A stretch of 44,245 nucleotides of DNA from Candidatus Nanopelagicaceae bacterium (lineage in GTDB: Bacteria; Actinomycetota; Actinomycetes; Nanopelagicales; Nanopelagicaceae). Position 1 is the first letter of the stretch, and the number at the start of each line of letters is the position of its first letter. Positions 8,060-19,277 of this stretch are shown in pieces. Both the position numbers and the translations under genes were made by a program. The DNA is taken from NCBI GenBank assembly GCA_036781605.1, contig DAIQAR010000004.1, forward strand, positions 7,075 to 51,319, in the 5' to 3' direction. Under the pieces are notes generated by a model. That model ran no database searches. It was given only the letters and a program-made list of their open reading frames with translations, and had not been told where the DNA came from.

Positions 8060-8911
8060 ATGAACCACGCAATTAAAGTTCGCGGCTTAAAGAAGAGCTA
8101 TGACGGAAAAATTGCGGTCAATGGAATTGATCTTGACGTTGTGCAGGGTGAGATTTTCGCAATTTTGGGTCCAAATGGAGCCGGTAAGACAACCACAGTT
8201 GAAATCTTAGAAGGCTACCGTGACCGGGATTCTGGGGATGTAACAGTCCTTGATCTAGATCCAGAGCATCTAGGAAGTCAGAGCATCAGTTGGCGCAACA
8301 GAATTGGAATCGTCCTGCAATCTACAAGTGATGCTGGAGATTTAAGTGTCTCTGAGACGATTCATCACTTCGCTCAATACTACTCAAACCCCAAGAATCC
8401 AGATGCCGTTATCACCTTAGTAGGACTTGATGAGAAGCGTGATGACAGAGTGCATAACCTCTCTGGAGGCCAGCGCCGCAGATTAGATGTTGCGCTAGGA
8501 ATCATTGGATCACCGGAAATCCTATTTCTAGATGAGCCAACAACAGGCTTTGATCCAGAGGCTCGGCGTGCATTTTGGGGGCTCATTCGCACCTTAAAAG
8601 CCGAAGGAACCACAATTCTTTTAACAACGCATTACCTAGATGAAGCAGAGGAACTTGCAGATCGAGTGGCCGTCATAAATCATGGGAAGATAGTTGAGAT
8701 TGCAACACCTGCAACGCTAGGTGGTCGCCACTTAGCGAAAGCAACGATTTCTTGGAAAGAAAAAGACCAGCTTCAAACAAAGCTCTCTTTGAATCCGACA
8801 GCTGATATCCAAGAGCTATCCAAAAACTTTGATGGAGATATCCCAGAACTCACCGTAACCCGGCCAACCCTGGAAGATGTTTACATCACCATGATTGGGG
8901 CAAACAAGTGA
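8060..8911 (+). CDS. ABC transporter ATP-binding protein (DrrA/ABC-2-associated type)
   Basis: Walker A GPNGAGKTT, signature LSGGQRRR, Walker B ILFLDEPT, H-loop TTHY. Confidence 0.9.
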   Translation: MNHAIKVRGLKKSYDGKIAVNGIDLDVVQGEIFAILGPNGAGKTTTVEILEGYRDRDSGDVTVLDLDPEHLGSQSISWRNRIGIVLQSTSDAGDLSVSETIHHFAQYYSNPKNPDAVITLVGLDEKRDDRVHNLSGGQRRRLDVALGIIGSPEILFLDEPTTGFDPEARRAFWGLIRTLKAEGTTILLTTHYLDEAEELADRVAVINHGKIVEIATPATLGGRHLAKATISWKEKDQLQTKLSLNPTADIQELSKNFDGDIPELTVTRPTLEDVYITMIGANK

Positions 8912-9690
8912 ACATACTTCGTATTGGCGCCCTGCGCGGTGGCCTTGAAATAAAGCAGTTTATGCGCAGACGTGAATCTGTTGTCTTCACCTTGATGTTC
9001 CCCGTGCTCTTACTATTCATCTTTGGTTCGGTCTTCAAAAATACGATTGCCCCAGGAGTTACCTTTAGTCAGTACTTTATTTCAGGAATGGTTGCCTCTG
9101 GCCTTGTGAATACGGGTTTTCAGCAGCTTGCCATCAATATCCCCATGGAAAGAGACTTTGGCACTCTCAAGCGCTTGCGTGGAACTCCCATGTCTCCTAT
9201 CTCCTTCTTTATCGGTAAGGCCATCTTGGTCTTCACCGCGATGATCATTCAGGTGTTTCTGCTTCTTCTCTTTGGTGTTCTTTTCTTTCATCTTCACATG
9301 CCCCATGACCCAGCGCTCTGGCTTCGCTTTATTTGGCTCGTAATACTAGGCAGCGCCTCATCAACCGTACTTGGTATTGCATTTGCCACTGTCATTAAAA
9401 GTGGTCGCGGTGCGGCGGCGGTTGTCTCACCTATTGTGATTATCTTGCAATTTTTGAGTGGAGTCTTTTTTGTCTTTTCAAGTTTGCCATCGTGGATGCA
9501 AAAATTCGCATCCATATTTCCTCTCAAGTGGCTGACACAAGGAATGCGATCAGTCTTCTTGCCAGATAGCTTTGCATCTCAAGAAGTTGCGCACACTTGG
9601 GAGATTGGTCGTACTGCGTGCGTGCTTATTGTGTGGCTCGTACTTGGAACGATTATGGCTGCTCGCTCATTTAAGTGGTCTGATCAATGA
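8908..9690 (+). CDS. ABC-2 type transporter permease
   Basis: 260-aa six-TM protein. Its GTG start overlaps the ATPase stop (GTGA), and its topology is that of an ABC-2 exporter. Confidence 0.8.
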   Translation: MNILRIGALRGGLEIKQFMRRRESVVFTLMFPVLLLFIFGSVFKNTIAPGVTFSQYFISGMVASGLVNTGFQQLAINIPMERDFGTLKRLRGTPMSPISFFIGKAILVFTAMIIQVFLLLLFGVLFFHLHMPHDPALWLRFIWLVILGSASSTVLGIAFATVIKSGRGAAAVVSPIVIILQFLSGVFFVFSSLPSWMQKFASIFPLKWLTQGMRSVFLPDSFASQEVAHTWEIGRTACVLIVWLVLGTIMAARSFKWSDQ

Positions 9691-10403
9691 TGAGTAAAAC
9701 AACCAGAGCGTTTGCGTTCATAATTGCCCTTGTTTTATTTGGTGCGGGAGTACCCACAACGCATGCCGTAACTTCAAAACCAACTCCAAAACCAACTGTG
9801 AAAGCTAGTACAAAGGCGCCAGTAAAGCCGAGTGTAAAAACAGGATCAAAGGTAACTACTCCCAAGAACAAAGTAGCCAAGAAGATCTACAGGAAATACA
9901 AACCTCGTAAGCGAGTGGTTATCACTCCTTCACCGGCTCCGAATTGGCCACCTGCTGGATTTGTTTCTAATAATGGTGTTTATGCAAAGGTACCGACAGG
10001 CGCTGAACTTGTTGGAATTCTCTCAGCGCTAAAATCTCCCAGTGGTTCTGTTAAGCAGTGCTCACAAGATCCTTTGAACCCTGCAGTTGTTGCAAAATCA
10101 TGTGGCGCGGTTCTAGCGGCAGCCCAAGATGGTTGTTCGTGGTGGGAAGTAAATTCTCAGGTAAATGGTGTTGATCCAAACAATCCAAATGGGCAAATCA
10201 TGCTTGGAAATTTGCGAACTCTTTCAGGGGGAACGCCCGCTCATTCAGTTTCCACGATCGTGTTAGTCAGTGATGTTCCACTTACCACTGGGGTTAAATT
10301 CACAAATATAACCGTGAAATGTTGGCCCACTCCAACTACCGAACGTGTGCCAAGCAATACCTTTACGCCGTTAACGCCCTCGCCAACACCATCTCGAAGC
10401 TAA
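9687..10403 (+). CDS. Secreted protein of unknown function (signal peptide + Lys/Pro/Thr-rich tract + 4-Cys globular domain)
   Basis: Signal peptide MMSKTTRAFAFIIALVLFGAGVPTTHA, then KPTPKPTVKASTKAPVKPSVK...KYKPRKR, then a domain with 4 Cys. The ATG overlaps the permease stop (ATGA). Confidence 0.6.
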   Translation: MMSKTTRAFAFIIALVLFGAGVPTTHAVTSKPTPKPTVKASTKAPVKPSVKTGSKVTTPKNKVAKKIYRKYKPRKRVVITPSPAPNWPPAGFVSNNGVYAKVPTGAELVGILSALKSPSGSVKQCSQDPLNPAVVAKSCGAVLAAAQDGCSWWEVNSQVNGVDPNNPNGQIMLGNLRTLSGGTPAHSVSTIVLVSDVPLTTGVKFTNITVKCWPTPTTERVPSNTFTPLTPSPTPSRS

Positions 10404-10408
10404 AAGTA

Positions 10409-10984
10409 TTAGCGGTTGGCTCCAGGAACCCAGAGAGTGTCCCCCGTCTTTTTATTTGCATGACGCGCAAGCACAAAGAGAAGGTCGGACAGTCGGTTTA
10501 AGTACTTTGCTGTCAGTGGGTTAACTCCCGCACCGAAGGAATGGATTGCATGCCACGTTGAACGCTCTGCGCGGCGTGTGACTGTACGAGCAACATGCAA
10601 GAGCGCAGCTCCTGCAGTTCCAGATGGCAAGACAAATGATCGCAACTCTTCTAAATCTTTGTTGTAAAAATCAATCTGCTCTTCCAGAAAGTTAATCTGG
10701 GATTCAACAACGCGTAGTGGTTCAACCTTAGGATCATCGATAACAGGCGTGCAGAGATCTGCCCCAACATCGAAGAGGTCATTTTGAATACGAATAAGAA
10801 CTTTAGTCACTGCTGGATCATCACTTGGGGCTAGAGCAAGAACAACTCCGATAGATGAGTTTGCTTCATCAACATCGGCATAAGCTTCCAAGCGAGGGTC
10901 ATTTTTTGATGTACGGCTCATGTCCCCAAGGGAAGTAGTGCCGTCATCACCTGTTTTTGTATAAATACGAGTCAGATTAACCAT
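10409..10984 (-). CDS. PduO-type ATP:cob(I)alamin adenosyltransferase
   Basis: 191 aa with an N-terminal IYTKTGDDGTTSL motif and the EAYADVDEANS helix typical of PduO-type adenosyltransferases. Confidence 0.85.
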   Translation of the reverse strand: MVNLTRIYTKTGDDGTTSLGDMSRTSKNDPRLEAYADVDEANSSIGVVLALAPSDDPAVTKVLIRIQNDLFDVGADLCTPVIDDPKVEPLRVVESQINFLEEQIDFYNKDLEELRSFVLPSGTAGAALLHVARTVTRRAERSTWHAIHSFGAGVNPLTAKYLNRLSDLLFVLARHANKKTGDTLWVPGANR

Positions 10985-10990
10985 GGGGTG

Positions 10991-10996
10991 AGCCTA
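10991..10996 (-). promoter_or_regulatory. Candidate -10 hexamer TAGGCT, 6 nt upstream of the ATG at 10984 (leaderless-type)
   Basis: Minus strand reads TAGGCT-cacccc-ATG with no SD. Confidence 0.35.
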
Positions 10997-11044
10997 TTAG
11001 AGCAAGTACGATGTGACCACTCAAGAATTGATTGGAGGTGAGTT

Positions 11045-12307
11045 GTGCCCGAAAGTTCACCAAGTTTTCGCATCCTTGGCCCTGCTCGCCTATCTGGTGA
11101 GGTCAAAGTAACAGGGGCAAAGAACTCAGCCCTCAAACTTATGGCCGCATCCCTTCTTGCCGCAGGGACTCACACCATTCGCAATGTCCCAGATATCGCC
11201 GACGTTCACATAATGTCCGAGCTTTTAGTACGTCTTGGTTGCAAAGTTTCACTCAACGATGATGTGCTCACAATTGATGTGCCAGCAACGCCAGGCCACC
11301 GCGCTGAATATGATTTAGTGCGCAAAATGCGCGCATCCATTAACGTGCTGGGTCCAATCCTGACCCGTGTTGGGGTCGCAGAAATTTCTCTGCCTGGCGG
11401 AGATGCCATCGGATCTAGAGGACTTGATTTTCATATCAGTGGATTAGAAGCACTTGGCGCAACAGTGGCCTTTGAACATGGTTTCATCATCGCGAAAACT
11501 AATGGAAGATTACAAGGAGCCACTATCGATTTAGTTTTCCCAAGTGTTGGTGCAACTGAGAATCTGATGACAGCCGCTGTTTTGGCAAAGGGAACAACAA
11601 CAATTAATAACGTTGCCCGCGAACCAGATATCAGCGACTTAGGTGAATATCTCATCTCAATGGGCGCAAAAATTCAAGGCTTGGGAAGTCAGAGTCTTGT
11701 TATTGAAGGCGTGGATTCACTCAAAGCAGCCGAACACTCAACGCTTCCAGATCGTATTGTCACTGGCACGTGGGCATTTGCCGCAGTGATGACAGGCGGA
11801 GATATAACAATTCATGGCGCAAGGGCTGATCATCTTGAATTGCCCTTGGACAAGTTAGTTGCAAGCGGCGCGGTTATAACATCTACTCCTGATGGAATCC
11901 GCGTCAAAATGGATAAGAGACCTATTGCAATTGATGTCGCAACGCTTCCCTACCCAGGATTTCCTACCGACTTGCAGCCTATGGCAATTGCATTAAATGC
12001 AATTGCAGATGGAAGCGCCATAGTGACTGAGAATGTATTTGAAGCAAGATTTATGTTCGTCAATGAACTCAAGCGCTTAGGCGCTCGTATTACCGTTGAT
12101 GGCCATCACGCGGCCATTGCAGGGATTACGCAGCTTTCAGGGGCACCAGTTGTCGCGACAGACATTCGCGCTGGTGCCGGATTAGTACTTGCTGGCCTTG
12201 TCAGTGAAGGCATCACAATTGTTGAAGATGGTTTTCATATTGACCGTGGCTATCCAAATTTTGCAGAGGATCTACGCTCACTGGGCGCAGATGTGACACG
12301 TATTTAG
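11045..12307 (+). CDS. murA: UDP-N-acetylglucosamine 1-carboxyvinyltransferase
   Basis: 420 aa with a full-length MurA pattern ([35 protein letters not shown]). GTG start with GGAGGTGA 4 nt upstream. Confidence 0.95.
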   Translation: MPESSPSFRILGPARLSGEVKVTGAKNSALKLMAASLLAAGTHTIRNVPDIADVHIMSELLVRLGCKVSLNDDVLTIDVPATPGHRAEYDLVRKMRASINVLGPILTRVGVAEISLPGGDAIGSRGLDFHISGLEALGATVAFEHGFIIAKTNGRLQGATIDLVFPSVGATENLMTAAVLAKGTTTINNVAREPDISDLGEYLISMGAKIQGLGSQSLVIEGVDSLKAAEHSTLPDRIVTGTWAFAAVMTGGDITIHGARADHLELPLDKLVASGAVITSTPDGIRVKMDKRPIAIDVATLPYPGFPTDLQPMAIALNAIADGSAIVTENVFEARFMFVNELKRLGARITVDGHHAAIAGITQLSGAPVVATDIRAGAGLVLAGLVSEGITIVEDGFHIDRGYPNFAEDLRSLGADVTRI

Positions 12308-12561
12308 GCTTGGGTCTGCTCGCCCAGAATTGAAACTCGGTTGTTATTGACCGAGATAAATCCACCGGCCATATCAAAATCAGATGTAGTTCCATCTGTG
12401 CCTTTTACAGTGACAACTCCTGGAACAAGCACCCCGAGCAGCGGAATATGTTCAGGCAAGATTCCAACGTCACCTTCAAGCGTGCGCGCGGAAACCATTG
12501 TGGCCTCACCCGAAAAGACACGCTTTTCAGGTGAGACTACTTCAACGGTGAGTGTTGCCAT
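12304..12561 (-). CDS. atpC: F-type ATP synthase epsilon subunit, N-terminal beta-sandwich only (85 aa)
   Basis: [20 protein letters not shown]...[13 protein letters not shown] matches the epsilon N-terminal domain. It is the last gene of the atp operon, 2 nt after atpD. Confidence 0.85.
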   Translation of the reverse strand: MATLTVEVVSPEKRVFSGEATMVSARTLEGDVGILPEHIPLLGVLVPGVVTVKGTDGTTSDFDMAGGFISVNNNRVSILGEQTQA

Positions 12562-12563
12562 CT

Positions 12564-14911
<2,348 letters not shown>

Positions 14912-14918
14912 TTTTTAC

Positions 14919-16475
14919 TTACTTACCTGCGCTCACTGTGAATTCGTTTTTGAATGCTTCGATTGCTTTTTCAAGCGCTGCAACAGTGTCATCACTGAGC
15001 TCACGGCTTGATGAAATTACTTCAAAAATCGACGCATGAGAGCGAGCAACATATTCCAAGAATTCACTTTCAAAGCGGCGGATATCAGCAACAGGGATTG
15101 AATCCATCTTTCCTGTTGTTCCTGCCCAAATTGAAACTACTTGGCGTTCTACTGAATAAGGTGAGTACTGACCTTGCTTCAAGAGCTCAACCATTCGCGC
15201 ACCGCGCTCAAGTTGTGCTTTAGAAGCTGCGTCAAGATCTGAACCGAACGCTGCGAAAGCTTCCAATTCACGGTACTGCGCTAGGTCAAGACGCAAACGA
15301 CCAGCAATCTTCTTGATCGCCTTGGTCTGAGCAGAACCACCCACGCGAGACACTGAGATACCCACGTTAATAGCTGGGCGCACACCTGCGTTGAACAGAT
15401 CTGTCTCAAGGAAGCACTGACCGTCAGTAATAGAAATTACGTTGGTTGGAATAAAGGCAGATACGTCATTTCCCTTTGTTTCAATGATTGGTAGACCAGT
15501 CATTGATCCGCCACCAAGCTCATCAGAGAGCTTTGCGCAACGCTCAAGTAGACGTGAGTGTAAATAGAAGACGTCTCCTGGATACGCTTCGCGGCCTGGT
15601 GGGCGGCGAAGAAGTAATGAGACTGAGCGATACGCCTCGGCTTGCTTAGAGAGATCATCAAAAATAATGAGTACATGTTGGCCTGCATACATCCAGTGCT
15701 GACCAATAGCAGAACCTGTGTATGGGGCTAAGTATTTGAAACCAGCTGGATCAGATGCAGGAGAGGCAACGATTGTTGTGTACTCCATTGCGCCAGCTTC
15801 TTCCAACGCTCCCTTAACAGAAGCAATTGTCGAACCCTTCTGACCAATGGCAACATAAATACATTTAACTTGCTTCTTTGGATCTCCAGTCTTCCAATTT
15901 TCCTTCTGGTTAATAATTGTGTCGATTGCAATCGCAGTCTTACCTGTCTGGCGATCTCCAATAATCAACTGGCGCTGTCCGCGGCCAATAGCTGTCATTG
16001 CATCGATAGCTTTAATTCCAGTCTGCATTGGTTCTTTCACAGGTTGGCGTTCAACTACTGATGGTGCCTGCAACTCAAGTGCACGCATTGCTTCAGCTTT
16101 AATTTCACCCTTGCCATCGATTGGACGACCAAGCGGATCAACAACTCTTCCTAGGAAGCCATCTCCAACTGGAACAGAGAGGATCTCACCTGTGCGGCGA
16201 ACTGATGTTCCTTCTTCAATGCCGGTGAATTCACCGAGGATAACAACACCGATTTCACGTACGTCTAGGTTCAATGCGAGTCCCAATGTTCCATTTTCGA
16301 ACTTCAAAAGTTCGTTGGTCATTGTGGAAGGCAATCCTTCAACGCGAGCGATGCCATCGCCTGCTTCGACAACGGTACCGACCTCATCGCGCGCTGCTGT
16401 TCCTGGGTTGTATGCGGAAACATACTTTGCCAGCGCATCGCGAATTTCTTCGGGACGGATCGTAAGTTCGGCCAT
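14919..16475 (-). CDS. atpA: F-type ATP synthase alpha subunit
   Basis: P-loop GDRQTGKT, 518 aa, conserved throughout. GAGGAGAAG SD upstream. Confidence 0.97.
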   Translation of the reverse strand: MAELTIRPEEIRDALAKYVSAYNPGTAARDEVGTVVEAGDGIARVEGLPSTMTNELLKFENGTLGLALNLDVREIGVVILGEFTGIEEGTSVRRTGEILSVPVGDGFLGRVVDPLGRPIDGKGEIKAEAMRALELQAPSVVERQPVKEPMQTGIKAIDAMTAIGRGQRQLIIGDRQTGKTAIAIDTIINQKENWKTGDPKKQVKCIYVAIGQKGSTIASVKGALEEAGAMEYTTIVASPASDPAGFKYLAPYTGSAIGQHWMYAGQHVLIIFDDLSKQAEAYRSVSLLLRRPPGREAYPGDVFYLHSRLLERCAKLSDELGGGSMTGLPIIETKGNDVSAFIPTNVISITDGQCFLETDLFNAGVRPAINVGISVSRVGGSAQTKAIKKIAGRLRLDLAQYRELEAFAAFGSDLDAASKAQLERGARMVELLKQGQYSPYSVERQVVSIWAGTTGKMDSIPVADIRRFESEFLEYVARSHASIFEVISSSRELSDDTVAALEKAIEAFKNEFTVSAGK

Positions 16476-16530
16476 CTTCTTCTCCTCTTAACTCACCTAG
16501 TTTTAGACATCTGCTAATAACTAGAACCTC

Positions 16531-17358
16531 TTAAACTGCTAGTGCTCGACCTGCTTCTGCTAAACGTGTACTAATCGTTCCATCGACCAATTCGTCTCCG
16601 AATCGGATTGAAATCCCACCGACTACCGATGGATCAATTTCATAGTTCAAGTGCACAGGCTGGCCTACTTGCTTACCCATTACGGCTGCGAGCTTCTCAG
16701 ATTGTGCGGGTGTTAAATGCGAGCGAGTGCGAACCAAAACGATCAATCGATTGCGTCTAGCGGCAACTGCTTCGACGTAAACCTCAAGAACGTTATCAAT
16801 TCCGCGCCCTGCAAGCCCATTGACTAAATGTGTCAGCAAACGCACCGTTGAAGGCGCTGCTTTGCTTCCAAAAAGAGAAGCGACTAACTCTGCCTTGCCT
16901 TGCTCTGATCCAAGTCTGTCACCAAAGGTGATTCGAAGATCTTGATGATCAGCAAGAATTTCTCCAAATGCGAAGAGTTCTTCCTGCACGCGGTCGAGTG
17001 AATTATCACTATTGGCTGCGGTCGCCTCTGCTTCAATCGCGAGTTGCTCAAGAGCACTTGAAATATCAACTGAAGATGACCAACGAAGCGCAGCTGCTGC
17101 GCTCACAAGCTCTAAAACCTTGGCAGAAATGTTCTTTGCAAAGAGATCCTTAGCTAATTGTGCTTTTGCAGCGGCATCACGTGCTGGATCTGTAAATGCT
17201 CGCCTTAAGCCAATTGAAGAATTGAGTGCACTCACAACCGAAAACAGGTCGGTGGAAATACCCGTGCAATCAGAAGATGAGAGCCCCTTGAGCTTTTCAT
17301 CTAGCCCACCACGTAATGTGATGAGTGATTGGCGACTATTACCAGCGAGTGAAATCAC
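16531..17358 (-). CDS. atpH: F-type ATP synthase delta (OSCP) subunit, long form with duplicated N-terminal segment
   Basis: 275 aa with an OSCP-like C-terminal half (VVGGISIRFGDELVDGT). The GTG start overlaps the atpF stop (GTGA). Confidence 0.85.
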   Translation of the reverse strand: MISLAGNSRQSLITLRGGLDEKLKGLSSSDCTGISTDLFSVVSALNSSIGLRRAFTDPARDAAAKAQLAKDLFAKNISAKVLELVSAAAALRWSSSVDISSALEQLAIEAEATAANSDNSLDRVQEELFAFGEILADHQDLRITFGDRLGSEQGKAELVASLFGSKAAPSTVRLLTHLVNGLAGRGIDNVLEVYVEAVAARRNRLIVLVRTRSHLTPAQSEKLAAVMGKQVGQPVHLNYEIDPSVVGGISIRFGDELVDGTISTRLAEAGRALAV

Positions 17359-17879
17359 TTGGAGCTCTTCTCCAAATCAGTAAGGAAACGATCAACGATT
17401 CCAGATTGGCGAACTTGATCATCAAGTGCCTCTCCAACAATCTTTGATGCTAATTCGGTAGCAAGTGCACCAACTTCATGACGAAGGGAAGCGACTGCCT
17501 GTTGGCGCTCGGCTTCAATAAATGCATGTGCTGCGGCAGTTATGCGGCTTGCCTCTTCTTGTGCCTTACCGCGCAAATCTTCGATGATGGCAGCGCCTTG
17601 AACGCGCGCCTCTTCGCGAATTGATTGCGCCTCACTACGAGCATCATTGAGTTGTGCTGTGTATGCCTTCAAAGCCGCTTCAGCTTCACGCTGTGCATGC
17701 TCTGCCTTGGCAATACCGCCTTCAATTGCTTCTGTCCGAGCTGTAAAGGCCTTCTCGAACATTGGCACAACGCGTGAGCGCAGCACAATGAAGAGAAGAG
17801 AGAAGGCAATAACACCAACAACTAATTCAGCAGTATTGGGAATTAGTGGATTGGCTGCGGCCTCCATGTGAATTCTCAT
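17355..17879 (-). CDS. atpF: F-type ATP synthase b subunit
   Basis: One N-terminal TM helix followed by a long Ala/Glu/Arg-rich coiled coil. Positioned between atpE and atpH. Confidence 0.85.
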   Translation of the reverse strand: MRIHMEAAANPLIPNTAELVVGVIAFSLLFIVLRSRVVPMFEKAFTARTEAIEGGIAKAEHAQREAEAALKAYTAQLNDARSEAQSIREEARVQGAAIIEDLRGKAQEEASRITAAAHAFIEAERQQAVASLRHEVGALATELASKIVGEALDDQVRQSGIVDRFLTDLEKSSK

Positions 17880-17912
17880 TATTTAGCTCTTTCTCGTCTC
17901 TTGGTTTAGTTC

Positions 17913-18119
17913 TTACTTAAGAACGAACGCTAGAACCAGACCGAAAAGCGCCAAAGCTTCAGCTAGCGCAAAGCCAAGGAACGCGATTGGTTGAAGAACG
18001 CTGCGTGACTCAGGTTGACGTGCGACGCCATTGATATAGGCGGCGAAAATCAAACCAGTAGCTATTGCGGGTCCGATTGCAGATAGGCCATAACCGACCA
18101 GGTTGAGTGTGCCGTGCAT
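17913..18119 (-). CDS. atpE: F-type ATP synthase c subunit
   Basis: 68-aa helical hairpin with an ARQPE loop and the carboxylate in [19 protein letters not shown] 8 nt upstream. Confidence 0.9.
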   Translation of the reverse strand: MHGTLNLVGYGLSAIGPAIATGLIFAAYINGVARQPESRSVLQPIAFLGFALAEALALFGLVLAFVLK

Positions 18120-18145
18120 CTTTGTTGCCTTTCCATTATGTGGGA

Positions 18146-18169
18146 TCTAACGAGCGGGAGCTCGTTAGA
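18146..18169 (-). promoter_or_regulatory. Perfect 10-bp stem / 4-nt loop RNA hairpin between atpB and atpE
   Basis: The transcript reads UCUAACGAGC-UCCC-GCUCGUUAGA. It begins 12 nt after the atpB stop and ends 11 nt before the atpE SD. No U-tract follows. Confidence 0.5.
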
Positions 18170-18181
18170 CATTACGTAAGT

Positions 18182-18979
18182 TTAATGTTCCTCTGCCAAC
18201 GCTCCTGCGATAAAGAGTGCTGAGAGAAGAGTGATGATGTATGCCTGAAGGCACTGAACCATGAATTCAAAGAATGTCATGATGATTCCAAATGAAAAGG
18301 AAAATGGGGAAAGAAACTTCATAATGAGGTGTGAATCATGGAGCATGTAGTTTCCTCCGCCAATAAACACAAGCAGGAGCAAGTGACCTGCAAACATATT
18401 TGCAAATAACCGCAAGGCAAGTGTGACTGGGCGAATCAAAAAGTAAGTAGCGATTTCAATGGGTGTGAGAAGTATGTATGCAAACTTTGGGACACCAGGC
18501 AAGAAAGCGATCCCCTTCAAATATGGGATAAGGCCTTGGCGCTTAATTCCAATTGCATGGAAGATGAAGTAGCTAAAACCAGCCAGTACATACGGGAATG
18601 ACACGTGGGACATCGCTGGGAACTGCATAAACGGAATAATTCCAAAGACGTTATTAACCAGAACAAAAGTAAAAAGAGTAAAGAGGAATGGGACGTAAGC
18701 TAAAAAGCCACTTCCAATAATTTCTTCACCTAAGTCTTTGCGCACAAAGCCGTAAATTGCCTCACCTGCATATTGAAGTTTTCCAGGAACTATCGCTGAT
18801 TTACGAGCAGCGAGGATGAAGAATGTGGAAATCAAAATAACAGAGAAGAAAACAAGCGCTATAGGTTTTGTTGAATATGCGCTATGTCCAAGAATTGGAG
18901 GAAGATTAAAGTCTGAAGTACTTGGAGGAACAAATCCTTCGCCGCTGGCAAGATGGCCAGTTATACGCACTGTTCCCAC
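18182..18979 (-). CDS. atpB: F-type ATP synthase a subunit
   Basis: 265-aa polytopic protein with the conserved LALRLFANMFAGH (essential Arg) segment. GTG start; an alternative GTG lies 9 nt downstream. Confidence 0.9.
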   Translation of the reverse strand: MGTVRITGHLASGEGFVPPSTSDFNLPPILGHSAYSTKPIALVFFSVILISTFFILAARKSAIVPGKLQYAGEAIYGFVRKDLGEEIIGSGFLAYVPFLFTLFTFVLVNNVFGIIPFMQFPAMSHVSFPYVLAGFSYFIFHAIGIKRQGLIPYLKGIAFLPGVPKFAYILLTPIEIATYFLIRPVTLALRLFANMFAGHLLLLVFIGGGNYMLHDSHLIMKFLSPFSFSFGIIMTFFEFMVQCLQAYIITLLSALFIAGALAEEH

Positions 18980-19081
18980 TCACCTTTCTTGCAACGCTGG
19001 GTACCGGACATTTCTAGAAGACGCCCAAACCCTATTGGAGAGAGCAAAAATCTGAAACTCCAGCCAAGGAGGAGGGATGTG

Positions 19082-19273
19082 TTATTCGCGACCAAATCGG
19101 AGCCAGATGAGGTAGATAGAGGCTCCAGCGCCCAAAATTAGCCCGCCTAACAAGAAGTAGTGGGTATGTAGCCAACGGTCTAACCCATAGCCAATTCCGC
19201 CCCAGATTAAGAGACCTGAAATCAGGTATCCCATGATTGACCAGACTGCGCCCTCTTCGTTATTTCTTGCCAT
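19082..19273 (-). CDS. AtpZ/AtpI-family small membrane protein
   Basis: 63 aa with two TM helices and a GYGLDRWLHT motif typical of the putative F0F1-ATPase gene-1 family. Lies immediately upstream of atpB. Confidence 0.7.
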   Translation of the reverse strand: MARNNEEGAVWSIMGYLISGLLIWGGIGYGLDRWLHTHYFLLGGLILGAGASIYLIWLRFGRE

Positions 19274-19277
19274 CTAG

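Noticed and set aside
15919-16491. 190-aa plus-strand ORF antisense to atpA. Similar long shadow ORFs occur at 43663-44241 (antisense to pnp), 6642-7127 (antisense to the aldehyde dehydrogenase), 14538-14891 (antisense to atpG), 23734-24084 (antisense to hflX), 12872-13366 (alternative frame in atpD) and 17012-17383 (antisense to atpH).
   Set aside because: Each lies entirely within a strongly conserved, motif-verified CDS. The translations are Ser/Pro/Arg/Thr/Cys-rich low-complexity sequences with no recognisable family, SD or promoter context, which is typical of shadow ORFs.
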